DNA of 64,000 nucleotides from Nitrospira sp. Lineage in GTDB: Bacteria > Nitrospirota > Nitrospiria > Nitrospirales > Nitrospiraceae. Under the pieces are notes generated by a model. It searched no databases. It had not been told where the DNA came from and saw only the letters and a list, made by a program, of their open reading frames with translations. Positions 28,763-37,095 of the stretch are shown piece after piece. The stretch spans positions 1,916-65,915 of the forward strand of contig DASVBB010000116.1 of the NCBI GenBank assembly GCA_036376045.1, read 5' to 3'. The translations under genes were made by a program, and so were the position numbers. Position 1 is the first letter of the stretch. The number at the start of each line of letters is the position of its first letter.

Positions 28763-29512
28763 CTACCGTCCGGAGGCACGTTCAGGCAGACGGCCGGCGC
28801 GCATGTTGGCCGGTATCGCGACGTCCATCTGTGCCGGAGGCGGGGAGTGTCGCTTGTTCATCATCGCGATGAAAGTAGGTTTGTCGATCGAAAGATTCAG
28901 CCGGTCATTGAACCGTTTCTCTTCGCCGATGGTCGAAGAGATCCGTCCATGATAATCATGGCCAGGGTAGATGATGGTGTCGTCCGGGCAGGCAAACAAC
29001 TTCGTCCGGACAGAGTCGAACAGCTGCTCGGATGATCCGCCCTGCAAGTCAGTTCTCCCGTTGCCGCGGATAAACAGCGCATCTCCCGTGAAGACAGCAC
29101 CGGGGAGGAGGTAGCTGGTGCATCCCGCGGTATGACCCGGTGTCGCCATCGCTCGCAGCACCGTCTTGCCGAAGTGCAGTTCCTGTCCGTCGGAGAGAAA
29201 TGCGTCTGCTCCGGTCACCGTTCCTTCAGCGCCGCCGCCATAGATGATGCGCGCAGCGGTCCGGTCCTTGATCAACGATGCGCCGGTGATATGATCGGCG
29301 TGAATGTGCGTTTCCATCGCGTACATGAGGGTAAGGTTCAATTCTTTCAGAATGGTGATGTCCCGCTCGACATTGTCGAGAATCGCATCGATGATAATCG
29401 CGCTGCCGGAATCATGGTCGGCAATGATATAGGACCGGCTTTCCGCGCGGTCATCGACATCCTGTGTGCGGTTTACGTCCAAGAGAACTGTGATCGTATA
29501 CGTCACGGTCAT
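28763..29512 (-). CDS. MBL-fold persulfide (sulfur) dioxygenase, ETHE1-like
   Basis: 249 aa. HxHxDH motif ETHIHADHITG, TPGHTAGC, and the ETHE1-type TGDALFIRGNGRTDLQGG. Confidence 0.8.
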   Translation of the reverse strand: MTVTYTITVLLDVNRTQDVDDRAESRSYIIADHDSGSAIIIDAILDNVERDITILKELNLTLMYAMETHIHADHITGASLIKDRTAARIIYGGGAEGTVTGADAFLSDGQELHFGKTVLRAMATPGHTAGCTSYLLPGAVFTGDALFIRGNGRTDLQGGSSEQLFDSVRTKLFACPDDTIIYPGHDYHGRISSTIGEEKRFNDRLNLSIDKPTFIAMMNKRHSPPPAQMDVAIPANMRAGRLPERASGR

Positions 29513-29645
29513 AGACGCTATCCCTCCCTCGCCATCGGATCGTCTGAGGCAGACTCTGACGGGCGCTATTGTACGTTGAGTGGCGGGTGGGATCTATCCC
29601 TAGCTGAAAAGAATCGAGGGGTTTATCGAGTGGTCGTGACTCGCT

Positions 29646-30074
29646 TCAGCGGCGGAGTGCGGAGACATCGCCGCGCATGAGCTTGAGCGCCTGCCGTTCT
29701 GCGTCGATTTCCCGTTGCGTCCGCACGCCCAAACGACGGAACAGCCCGACTGGCGGACACCACCCTCGCACAGCGTGCTGAAGCAGCAACGTGGCCACTG
29801 CGGTGGAGAGGAAATACCAGCGCCGGTTGATGAGACGCCCGAGGATGAGGCTGATCAGGGATGCGGCTGCGGCATTCGCCTCGAGCGCACGTTCCATATC
29901 CCATTCGCGATCCAAGTCGTCGAGCCTCATGTCGATCAATCGAGGGTCTGCTGCGAAAGAGCCGGCGTCGAATTCGGTCCGTCCGATGTTGCGCGCATCG
30001 AGATCCTGATCACGATGACGCTGGACTCGCTCGGTCTCCGGAAGAGCGATGCCGGAAGAAAACGATGTCGACAT
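29646..30074 (-). CDS. DUF2892 (YgaP-like membrane domain) protein
   Basis: 142 aa. Two hydrophobic helices ending in the characteristic GWCPPVGLF. Confidence 0.6.
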   Translation of the reverse strand: MSTSFSSGIALPETERVQRHRDQDLDARNIGRTEFDAGSFAADPRLIDMRLDDLDREWDMERALEANAAAASLISLILGRLINRRWYFLSTAVATLLLQHAVRGWCPPVGLFRRLGVRTQREIDAERQALKLMRGDVSALRR

Positions 30075-30186
30075 GGTGGCCTTGGCTCGGGCTTGAATGG
30101 TTGAGATGGTTGAGTGGTGGAGATTGTCCTATTCTCCGGGTCTCTTCCGCACCTCGGTATTTCCCCAGGCATCCGCGCGGAACACG

Positions 30187-30744
30187 CTATTGCAGCCTCT
30201 GGGGTCCGGCGTGCTTCCTGTTTCCGGCGGAGCGGAACGTAAACCACATGTAGAACAAGCCCAAAAGCACATAATTGGGGATCAGGATGGCAGGCGCCAT
30301 CCATTGCCAGCCGCTAAATTTCCAATCGACGATTGGCCAGAGGACGGGCGTTGGAAAGAATGCGGAGGAATGGGTCGGTACATCCACGAGCACGTGGAGC
30401 CCCCAGGCTGCCAGTTCCCAGACCGGCCGCCCGAGGAGACGCCAGACCAGCAGGAATACGAGCAGGAACACGACGAAGCTATGCGTGACATTGTAGAGCT
30501 GATGGACATAATGCGGGATCGTGGACTCCGGGGGTGTGCCGTGACTGAAATCCGGTCTGTCGGACATGCCGAGCGCCACCGCTCCATACAATATCCCGAA
30601 CGACAGCAGGTCCGGCGCCAGGCCAATGACGAAAGCCAGCCAAAAGCTCGGTCGATTTCTTCGCCCGAACGCAATCGCTCCCCAGAGACCGTGTGACAAA
30701 ATGTCCAATGTGTTTCCTCTCCCGCCTGCACGCTGCCGCATCAC
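30187..30744 (-). CDS. membrane-bound metal-dependent hydrolase (DUF457/YdjM-like)
   Basis: LDILSHGLWGAIAFG at the N-terminus, several TM segments and conserved His residues (HYVHQLYNVTHS, HVLVDVPTH). A TTG at 30708 preceded by GGGAGAGGA may be the true start. Confidence 0.55.
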   Translation of the reverse strand: MMRQRAGGRGNTLDILSHGLWGAIAFGRRNRPSFWLAFVIGLAPDLLSFGILYGAVALGMSDRPDFSHGTPPESTIPHYVHQLYNVTHSFVVFLLVFLLVWRLLGRPVWELAAWGLHVLVDVPTHSSAFFPTPVLWPIVDWKFSGWQWMAPAILIPNYVLLGLFYMWFTFRSAGNRKHAGPQRLQ

Positions 30745-30855
30745 TACGATACCAGATCACGCTGTGGAACACTCTCAGCGCCATCTCGCGGAGCGAGATT
30801 GCCAAGGCTTTCGTCAAGGACCATACTCAGAATCAGGTATCGCACTGAGACGCTC

Positions 30856-32079
30856 ATGATCGCGATAGTGTTGACACTGTCTTTTCTGATCGGTCTGCCG
30901 CTCGTCGGCGTGCTTCTCGCCGGGCAGCCGGTTCATCCCTATCTGGAATTTCCGCCGCAGACCCGTTTCGTCCAGCAGGCACCATTCTCATGGCCGATGT
31001 TTCTCGGTCTCTCTGTTTTGGTTGTCGTGACTCTGGGCCCCGTGGTTCTGCTCGTGGCCACGTCGCGCGTTCCCGAACGTGGGGCGACCAATACCACCAG
31101 AGCCTTTCCCTGGTGGGGATGGCTGGGTGCGACGCTGACCGTGTGTTCCTGGGTGCTGGCCTGGAATCGCTTTCCCTGGTTCGCGACCTTCCAGACCCAT
31201 ACCTTCACTCCGTTATGGGTGGGCTACCTCCTGATGATCAATGGCTGGACGTTCCGCCGCACGGGATCCTGTATGATGCTGGACCGGCCACGCTTCTTTC
31301 TCGCCTTGTTCCCTGCCAGCGCAGCGTTTTGGTGGTGTTTTGAATACCTGAACCGCTTCGTGCAGAACTGGTATTACGTCGGGCCACAAACTCTGACACC
31401 CTTGGAATACGGGCTGCACGCAACGATCTCCTTTTCGACGGTGCTGCCCTCCGTGCTGAGCACCATGGAACTGCTCGCATCGATACCTGCCATGACAGCA
31501 GGTTTGGAACAGCTTCCTCCGGTGCGCTTGTCCAATCGACATCGCGCAGGCTGGGGTGTGTTGATTGTCGCGACGGCGGGATTGGCTGGGATCGGCATCT
31601 TCCCAGGCCTGTTGTTCCCCCTCGTCTGGGTGGCGCCGTTGCTCTTGATCACGGCCATGCAAATGCTCGCGGGTCGGGAAACAATTTTCTCACGGACCGA
31701 ACAGGGCGACTGGTCGTCACTGTGGCTCGCAGCGGTCGCAGCACTGGTCTGCGGTCTCTGTTGGGAAATGTGGAATTGGAAGAGCTTGGTTCACTGGGAA
31801 TACGCCATTCCCTCCGTGCATCGCTTCAAATTGTTTGAGATGCCGCTGCTCGGATACGCCGGCTATCTCCCGTTCGGCCTCGACTGTCTGGCCGTGACGC
31901 AGCTTCTGTTTCCCCGGAGGTATCGGCAAATGATGGGGGCTCTGACGAGCGCTGGAGCACGGTCTCGAAGAGAGGAAGTACCGCCCGGAGGTGTGGTGAA
32001 CGCGGCAGGCTACTTCAAAGTGTGGGTCTTCTCGGCGAGTTCCAGCGCCACGCGGCGCATATCTTCCGACAACACTTGA
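30856..32079 (+). CDS. polytopic membrane protein of unknown function
   Basis: Trimmed to ATG 30856 (MIAIVLTLSFLIGLPLVGV...). About 10 hydrophobic segments, Trp-rich loops (WWGWLGA, FWWCFEYLNRFVQNWYY). The last ~23 codons overlap the convergent lipoprotein gene. Confidence 0.65.
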   Translation: MIAIVLTLSFLIGLPLVGVLLAGQPVHPYLEFPPQTRFVQQAPFSWPMFLGLSVLVVVTLGPVVLLVATSRVPERGATNTTRAFPWWGWLGATLTVCSWVLAWNRFPWFATFQTHTFTPLWVGYLLMINGWTFRRTGSCMMLDRPRFFLALFPASAAFWWCFEYLNRFVQNWYYVGPQTLTPLEYGLHATISFSTVLPSVLSTMELLASIPAMTAGLEQLPPVRLSNRHRAGWGVLIVATAGLAGIGIFPGLLFPLVWVAPLLLITAMQMLAGRETIFSRTEQGDWSSLWLAAVAALVCGLCWEMWNWKSLVHWEYAIPSVHRFKLFEMPLLGYAGYLPFGLDCLAVTQLLFPRRYRQMMGALTSAGARSRREEVPPGGVVNAAGYFKVWVFSASSSATRRISSDNT

Positions 32080-32600
32080 TGGGTCTGATCGTCGACGCGG
32101 ACCGCATACTGGCTCCGTCCGACTTCCTTGCCGCCGGGGGACTCGAAGAGCTGGGCGACGATTTGCGTGACGGGGTAATTCTTAAAAAACAGACTCGAGC
32201 CGCCGCGGGAGACGGTGGCCGGCGCCCAGAGCACATAGAGATAATCCACGCCGAGGTGTTGCTGCAGGTCTTTCACGCGCGCCAGGTCCGTTTTCGCGTA
32301 ATCGACGTCGATTTCAAAGTAGGCCGATTTGTAGGGGCCCTTGACCAGCTGCGGATAATTGGGAATGGACTGAGCGACTTGTTTCTGCGAGAGCACCTGA
32401 AACCGGCTGGCCTTGCCCAGTTCGTCCCCGAGGGCTTCGGCCAGGCTCAGCGAACTGGCATTGGTCATTCCAGAGATGACGGCCAGTTTCTGGCCTTTCG
32501 GCTGAAACGGCTCTTGTGTCAAATGGAAGGTAGCGCAGCCGCTGACGACAAGCCCGAGCCCGATCGCGGTCCAAAGTCGCATGCTGCATGCATTTCGCAC
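32010..32600 (-). CDS. lipoprotein, paralogue of the upstream gene
   Basis: GTG 32600 preceded by AGGAGA. Lipobox GLVVSGC. Shares VISG...LAEALGDEL...QVLSQKQVAQSIPNYP...YLYVLWA with the neighbour. Confidence 0.7.
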   Translation of the reverse strand: MRNACSMRLWTAIGLGLVVSGCATFHLTQEPFQPKGQKLAVISGMTNASSLSLAEALGDELGKASRFQVLSQKQVAQSIPNYPQLVKGPYKSAYFEIDVDYAKTDLARVKDLQQHLGVDYLYVLWAPATVSRGGSSLFFKNYPVTQIVAQLFESPGGKEVGRSQYAVRVDDQTHQVLSEDMRRVALELAEKTHTLK

Positions 32601-32613
32601 TGGAGTGTCTCTC

Positions 32614-33249
32614 CTATTTGCCCTTGCCGGTATTGGTAATCTTGATGAACTCGTCCACGATGTCTTCCGCAGATTTCTTCAGGAGCTCGTCGACGTAGTA
32701 CCCCTTGGACCGGAAGAGGGCGAGGACGCTGTCGCTGTTTCGTCGGTTGAAGGCGGTGTGCGATACGATCTGTCCGCTCGGATATTCAAGCATGTTTCCA
32801 TAGACGTCGGCGGAATATGTATTGGAGCATCCGCCTCGGCTTGAGCAGTAGGACGTCTGCTTCAACCGCTTGCTCCACACCACGAACACATAGTTCGTTT
32901 TCAGTTTGGCCTGGATCTTTTGGAGCCGTGGTTGTTCGGCAGGATCCACCCATTCGACTTCCCCGTTCCGTTCTTCGACCGTCTTGACCGCGATCGGATA
33001 GCTGGGGATCGCTTTGCTGACTTCTTCCTGATCGATCACTTTGAGCTGGGTCCGCTCTCTCAGTTCCTGCGTGAGATATTCGGCCAATTTCAGGTCTGAT
33101 TCTTCAGATCCACCGGTAATGACGGTGACGGACGTGGGCTTCACGGCGTAGCCGGGATCTTTCAAAGCGAAGATCGTTCCTCCGCCTCCGCATCCACCGA
33201 GCAAGAGTGCGACTGCAATGAGCGCCTGCATATATCGTTGGTTGAGCAT
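32614..33249 (-). CDS. lipoprotein, paralogue of the downstream gene
   Basis: ATG 33249 preceded by GGAGG. Lipobox ALLLGGC. Shares VITG...LAEYLTQEL...KVIDQEEVSKAIPSYP...YVFVVWS with the neighbour. Confidence 0.7.
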   Translation of the reverse strand: MLNQRYMQALIAVALLLGGCGGGGTIFALKDPGYAVKPTSVTVITGGSEESDLKLAEYLTQELRERTQLKVIDQEEVSKAIPSYPIAVKTVEERNGEVEWVDPAEQPRLQKIQAKLKTNYVFVVWSKRLKQTSYCSSRGGCSNTYSADVYGNMLEYPSGQIVSHTAFNRRNSDSVLALFRSKGYYVDELLKKSAEDIVDEFIKITNTGKGK

Positions 33250-33441
33250 GGTGACCTCCGGACGAGACTATCCAGAATCGCTCAATCAAGCTTAGCAAGC
33301 CGCGGGTAGTCGTCAACCGCCGCCCGACGCATTACGCATGGGGTCCGAGCGGCAAATTGGCGTCGATGTTCGAGACTGAACCGCGCGTTATGGACGGGCG
33401 TAGGTGATGGTGTGTCCCAGGGAAGTCAAGCGGTGTCGTAC

Positions 33442-33717
33442 CTATTTCGATTCAGAGCGGTCCTGGCACTGCAGTTCATCACAGAGCTTCTTGACGGTCA
33501 CTTTGAGTTCGTGTCCGAGCGTGCTGCCTAACCGCGAAATTTCCGGCTCGATCTTGCTGCTGAGTTGCTGGATTTTCTGTAAGAGTTCGGGGATAGGTTT
33601 CGGCAAATCATCGACGCGTACCGATCCCTTCCGTGATTGCTGGGACTGGTCGTCTTCCGACCAGGTTGGAGCCGCAATGGCCAAAATGATTGATGCGGCG
33701 ATCAGCAGTTGCTTCAT
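33442..33717 (-). CDS. small secreted protein (91 aa)
   Basis: ATG preceded by AAGGGAG. Signal peptide MKQLLIAASIILAIAAPTWS|EDD. The mature part is a charged helical region with two Cys near the C-terminus. Confidence 0.6.
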   Translation of the reverse strand: MKQLLIAASIILAIAAPTWSEDDQSQQSRKGSVRVDDLPKPIPELLQKIQQLSSKIEPEISRLGSTLGHELKVTVKKLCDELQCQDRSESK

Positions 33718-33752
33718 ACTTCGCTCCCTTCGTTGCCGGATAGGACCATGGG

Positions 33753-34136
33753 TTAGAGCGGCCCGCCGGCGAGCGTGCCTCCAGGCAGCGTTCCACCGGG
33801 CACCGTGCCCCCCGGAAGTGAGCCTCCGGGAAGCGTGCCGCCAGGCAGCGTTCCGCCCGGCAAGGTGCCTCCAGGGAGCGAGCCGCCAGGCAGGGTGCCA
33901 CCCGGAAGTGTTCCTCCAGGGACGGTACCGCCTGGCAAAGTGCCTCCGGGAAGCGTTCCTCCTTTCGGGGTGTTATCGAGCCCCGACAGTGGTTTGAATT
34001 CATCGTACTGTCGTGGTTTGTTCGTGTCCGTGAGGGGTGAAGATGGCTCCGCGGCCATGCTCCAACTGCAGGGCACGACGAGAATGATGGCGAACGCGGC
34101 TCGCAGTATGTGCTCCATTCGCAGGTGTTTCAGCAT
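33753..34136 (-). CDS. secreted protein ending in (GGTLP)n pentapeptide repeats
   Basis: Signal peptide ...ILRAAFAIILVVPCSWSMA|AEP, a ~30-aa spacer, then 13 GG[TS][LV]P-type units running to the stop. The strand was chosen because only this frame has a signal peptide and it is co-directional with the three exported-protein genes downstream. Confidence 0.6.
   Translation of the reverse strand: MLKHLRMEHILRAAFAIILVVPCSWSMAAEPSSPLTDTNKPRQYDEFKPLSGLDNTPKGGTLPGGTLPGGTVPGGTLPGGTLPGGSLPGGTLPGGTLPGGTLPGGSLPGGTVPGGTLPGGTLAGGPL
33756..33962 (-). repeat. 13 tandem 15-nt coding repeats plus a final 4-codon GGPL
   Basis: GGTLP GGTLP GGTVP GGTLP GGTLP GGSLP GGTLP GGTLP GGTLP GGSLP GGTVP GGTLP GGTLA GGPL. 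The DNA copies differ mainly at wobble positions. Confidence 0.9.
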
Positions 34137-34483
34137 ATGGGACAGCGACCCACTTCTGGCTATTAGCTTACCCCCGATTCGGTTCCGTTTCGACAGGGGG
34201 ACCCCCGAGTGATGACTGCCATCATCTCACTGAGCCACCGATCTTTCAGTGATCACGATCCAGAGCCGAAGGTTCGGCACCTGCCGAGATGACGGCATCG
34301 TCTTCGTCGTCACGTGGATTAACACGGCATTCGTCTGCCGACCCTGCGATACGATTTCCCAAATTTCTCAAGTGTTTGGCGAGACAGTCAGCCGAGGTGT
34401 GGCGCGGGAACAGTCCGTGCGTTATGGCAATCGTACAGAGGGACGTTGCAGTCGCCAAAGGTCACGAAGGAGAGGAGGGCACC

Positions 34484-35218
34484 ATGTCATCGCTCAAGGG
34501 AAAAGTTGCAGTGGTCACGGGCGCATCGCGTGGAATCGGACGCGGGATTGCCGAGCGGCTGGCGAAGGACGGGGCGACAATCGTGGTGAATTACACCAAA
34601 AGTGCCGGTGTAGCAGAGAAGGTCGTTTCCGGTATCAAGGGGCAGGGAGGGAACGCGATGGCCGTGCAGGCGGACGTGAGCAAGGTCGAGGACATCAAGC
34701 GTTTGTTCCAGGAGACGAAGAAGGTCTACGGGCGTCTGGATATTCTGGTGAACAATGCAGGCATCTTCTGGGCCAAGCCAATCCTCGAGACCACCGAAGA
34801 AGAGTACGATCAGATGTTTGCCGTCAACGCGAAGGGGCAGTTCTTTGCCTTGCAGGAAGCGGCCAAGCATATGGCGGAAGGCGGCCGCATCGTCAATATC
34901 TCGACGGGCGGAACGAAGCGGGCGTTCCCGGGAATCAGCGCGTACGGCGGCAGCAAGTCGGCGCTCGAATTCTTTACCAAGGTGGCAGCGAAGGAACTGG
35001 GACCCAAGCACATTACGGTGAATACGGTCTCTCCCGGTTACACGGAGACGGACATGCTCAGTGACCCGCAATTCAGAACCACCGGTATTGAGGCATCCCC
35101 GCTCGGGCGGCTCGGGACTCCGGCGGACATCGCCAAAGTAGTCGCGTTCATCGTGAGTGACGATGGCGGGTGGATTACCGGCGATACGATCCAGGCGGGC
35201 GGTGGCGTTGCGATATGA
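34484..35218 (+). CDS. SDR family oxidoreductase (FabG-like)
   Basis: Trimmed to ATG 34484, preceded by GAAGGAGAGGAGG. TGASRGIGRGIA (TGxxxGIG), NNAG and YGGSKSA (YxxxK). Confidence 0.88.
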   Translation: MSSLKGKVAVVTGASRGIGRGIAERLAKDGATIVVNYTKSAGVAEKVVSGIKGQGGNAMAVQADVSKVEDIKRLFQETKKVYGRLDILVNNAGIFWAKPILETTEEEYDQMFAVNAKGQFFALQEAAKHMAEGGRIVNISTGGTKRAFPGISAYGGSKSALEFFTKVAAKELGPKHITVNTVSPGYTETDMLSDPQFRTTGIEASPLGRLGTPADIAKVVAFIVSDDGGWITGDTIQAGGGVAI

Positions 35219-35278
35219 GGACCCCGTCGCGAGAGCCTGGTGGCCCGGCCGTTCGGGTCGGGAAATGGAGGTGCATCG

Positions 35279-35575
35279 ATGGCCGTCACACTCATCAACG
35301 TGTTTTCAGTCCCCAAAGGCAGAGAGGATGATTTCGTCAAGTGGTGGCAGGACGTGAAGACGAGTATCACGTCGCAGCAAGGGTTCATCAGTGGAAAGTT
35401 CCACCGGAGCATCCGATCCGAGAGCCGGTACAATTTCATCAATATCGCGCTGTGGGAAAACGAAGAAGTCTATTGGACGGCCTATGAGAAGAGCGTGACG
35501 CCGATGAAGGCCAAGTTGAAGCAGTTGGAGGTCGAGATGGTCCCGGCGCTCTACGATGTCGCAGTCGAATACTGA
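35279..35575 (+). CDS. antibiotic-biosynthesis-monooxygenase (ABM/Dabb) fold protein
   Basis: 98 aa from ATG 35279, preceded by GGAGG. MAVTLINVFSVPKGREDDFVKWW...FINIALWE is a ferredoxin-like ABM pattern. Confidence 0.6.
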   Translation: MAVTLINVFSVPKGREDDFVKWWQDVKTSITSQQGFISGKFHRSIRSESRYNFINIALWENEEVYWTAYEKSVTPMKAKLKQLEVEMVPALYDVAVEY

Positions 35576-35579
35576 ATCC

Positions 35580-36041
35580 TCACAACCATCGGCGGACTGT
35601 ACGGATATAGGCGCTGAACTGTCCGCCGAACTTCATTGAGAGCGCGCGCTCTTCCGGGACGATCTGGAATCGGTTGATGTACAGCACGAAGAGGGGCGGC
35701 AGAGCAAAGACCAAGAGATGGCTGAGCCACACGGCCCATGCGAAGAGCGCGAGCAGCAAGCCGAGGTACATGGGATTGCGGCTGACGCGGTAGATACCGG
35801 AGGTGACCATGGCGGTCGCTGCTTCAGGGGAAAGCGGATTGATTGTGGTTTTCGCCCGGCGAAACTCCAACAGGCCAGCGAGAGAGACCGCAGCGCCTGC
35901 ACTGAACAACATGATTGCGACGGCGGTGCGCCATGGCATGTCCAAGGTCAAGGTCGGTTCGTATCTTGAAATCAGCCACATGAGCGCACCAAGGACCAGA
36001 GCAACCGCCGGGGGAGGGACCTTGTGTTCTAATGCGTTCAT
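35580..36041 (-). CDS. isoprenylcysteine carboxyl methyltransferase (ICMT)/phospholipid methyltransferase family membrane protein
   Basis: GIYRVSRNPMYLGLLL and EERALSMKFGGQFSAYIRTVRRW motifs. Start set at ATG 36041. Confidence 0.75.
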   Translation of the reverse strand: MNALEHKVPPPAVALVLGALMWLISRYEPTLTLDMPWRTAVAIMLFSAGAAVSLAGLLEFRRAKTTINPLSPEAATAMVTSGIYRVSRNPMYLGLLLALFAWAVWLSHLLVFALPPLFVLYINRFQIVPEERALSMKFGGQFSAYIRTVRRWL

Positions 36042-36396
36042 GACGCCCTCTATTACAGCATAAATACCCCAGGAGAGTCTTCCGGAGCGAAGCCCGTTCA
36101 AGCGGGTTCTTGAGCATCGTCCTTTTGCTTTCCCGTCGCAGTTCTTCCACCGTTACTTTCTCTGGATGTTGATCGGGGCCTATGCCGTGGTTGCGGTTGC
36201 GCCGGCGTCCTGGCCTTTGGATCAGAGACACCACGCGGCCAGTACAGACGCCGTAAGAAACACGTAGGTCTGGATCTGCTCGTGTGCTGCGAAGTGCCTC
36301 TCCCTTCGCGTGGTTACGAGGCGAGCCGGAAACCTCTGCTACACTTTCCATAGGAACGGCCGCCTGGCAAACAGGGGGCAGGAAAGGAGACCACAC

Positions 36397-36801
36397 ATGA
36401 CACACCGGATGAGCCATCAGTCGCGCGTGACATGTCTCTGGATCGTTAGTCTGTTGAGCATCCTGCTTTCAGTATCGATGGCCGACGCCAAATCGTCTCA
36501 GCCTTCGAGTGGCAAGAATGTCAACGCAATGGCGTGCGATTATCGCGCCCATCCAACGATTACGACGGTCTCGCCCACCCATGTCAAACCCGGTCAAAAA
36601 ATTACGATCAGCGGGAAGAATTTCGGGACCAAGCACTGTTTTCACAGTGTATCGTTCGGGCCTAAGAGTACACATGCCTGGACGTATGTGAGCCCGACGA
36701 CCGTGGAAGCGACGGTGCCCGATCTTCGACCCGGCACCGTTCCCGTGACCGTTTCCACCGAGGGTGGCACGTCAGAGTACACCCTCGACGTTTCCAAATA
36801 G
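36397..36801 (+). CDS. secreted single IPT/TIG-domain protein
   Basis: ATG preceded by AGGAAAGGAGA. Signal peptide, then PTITTVSPTHVKPGQKITISGKNFG...ATVPDLRPGTVPVTVSTEGGTS, a typical IPT/TIG pattern. Confidence 0.7.
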   Translation: MTHRMSHQSRVTCLWIVSLLSILLSVSMADAKSSQPSSGKNVNAMACDYRAHPTITTVSPTHVKPGQKITISGKNFGTKHCFHSVSFGPKSTHAWTYVSPTTVEATVPDLRPGTVPVTVSTEGGTSEYTLDVSK

Positions 36802-36821
36802 CCATCGGACATTCCGGCTTT

Positions 36822-36852
36822 GAGGAGCCAACGGTGACGCCGTTGGCTCCTC
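36822..36852 (+). terminator. strong hairpin after the IPT/TIG gene
   Basis: GAGGAGCCAACGG (36822-36834), loop TGACG, CCGTTGGCTCCTC (36840-36852). Perfect 13-bp stem starting 21 nt after the stop. No U-tract. Confidence 0.5.
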
Positions 36853-37095
36853 AGCACTCACCGCACTGATTGACTTCTCCCGGGTCTCTCACTAGAGTCC
36901 AGCACAGCGATTTCAAAGCCAACCGCCATGAGCCACCAGCTGACGGTCACGCCCAAACCTGCCTGTCACCTCGCCGACAGCGACACCTGAACCGAACGTC
37001 CCTCTGATGACATCTTTACTTGCGATCACTCCGTGCCACCTGATGGCGACTTTCGACGACCGTCGAGCGGCCGGTCCGGGCAGGATACACCGCTC

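Noticed and set aside
33608-34212. Alternative frames through the pentapeptide repeat (+ strand PPGSVPPGTV... 145 aa; - strand 131 aa)
   Set aside because: A 15-nt repeat keeps every frame open. Only the minus-strand GGTLP frame has an N-terminal signal peptide and fits the operon direction. I cannot exclude the others without expression data.
36365-36380. TGGCAAACAGGGGGCA, sigma-54-like spacing upstream of the IPT/TIG gene
   Set aside because: The -12 element is poor (GGGCA). The implied transcription start would fall inside or after the RBS, leaving no room for a leader.
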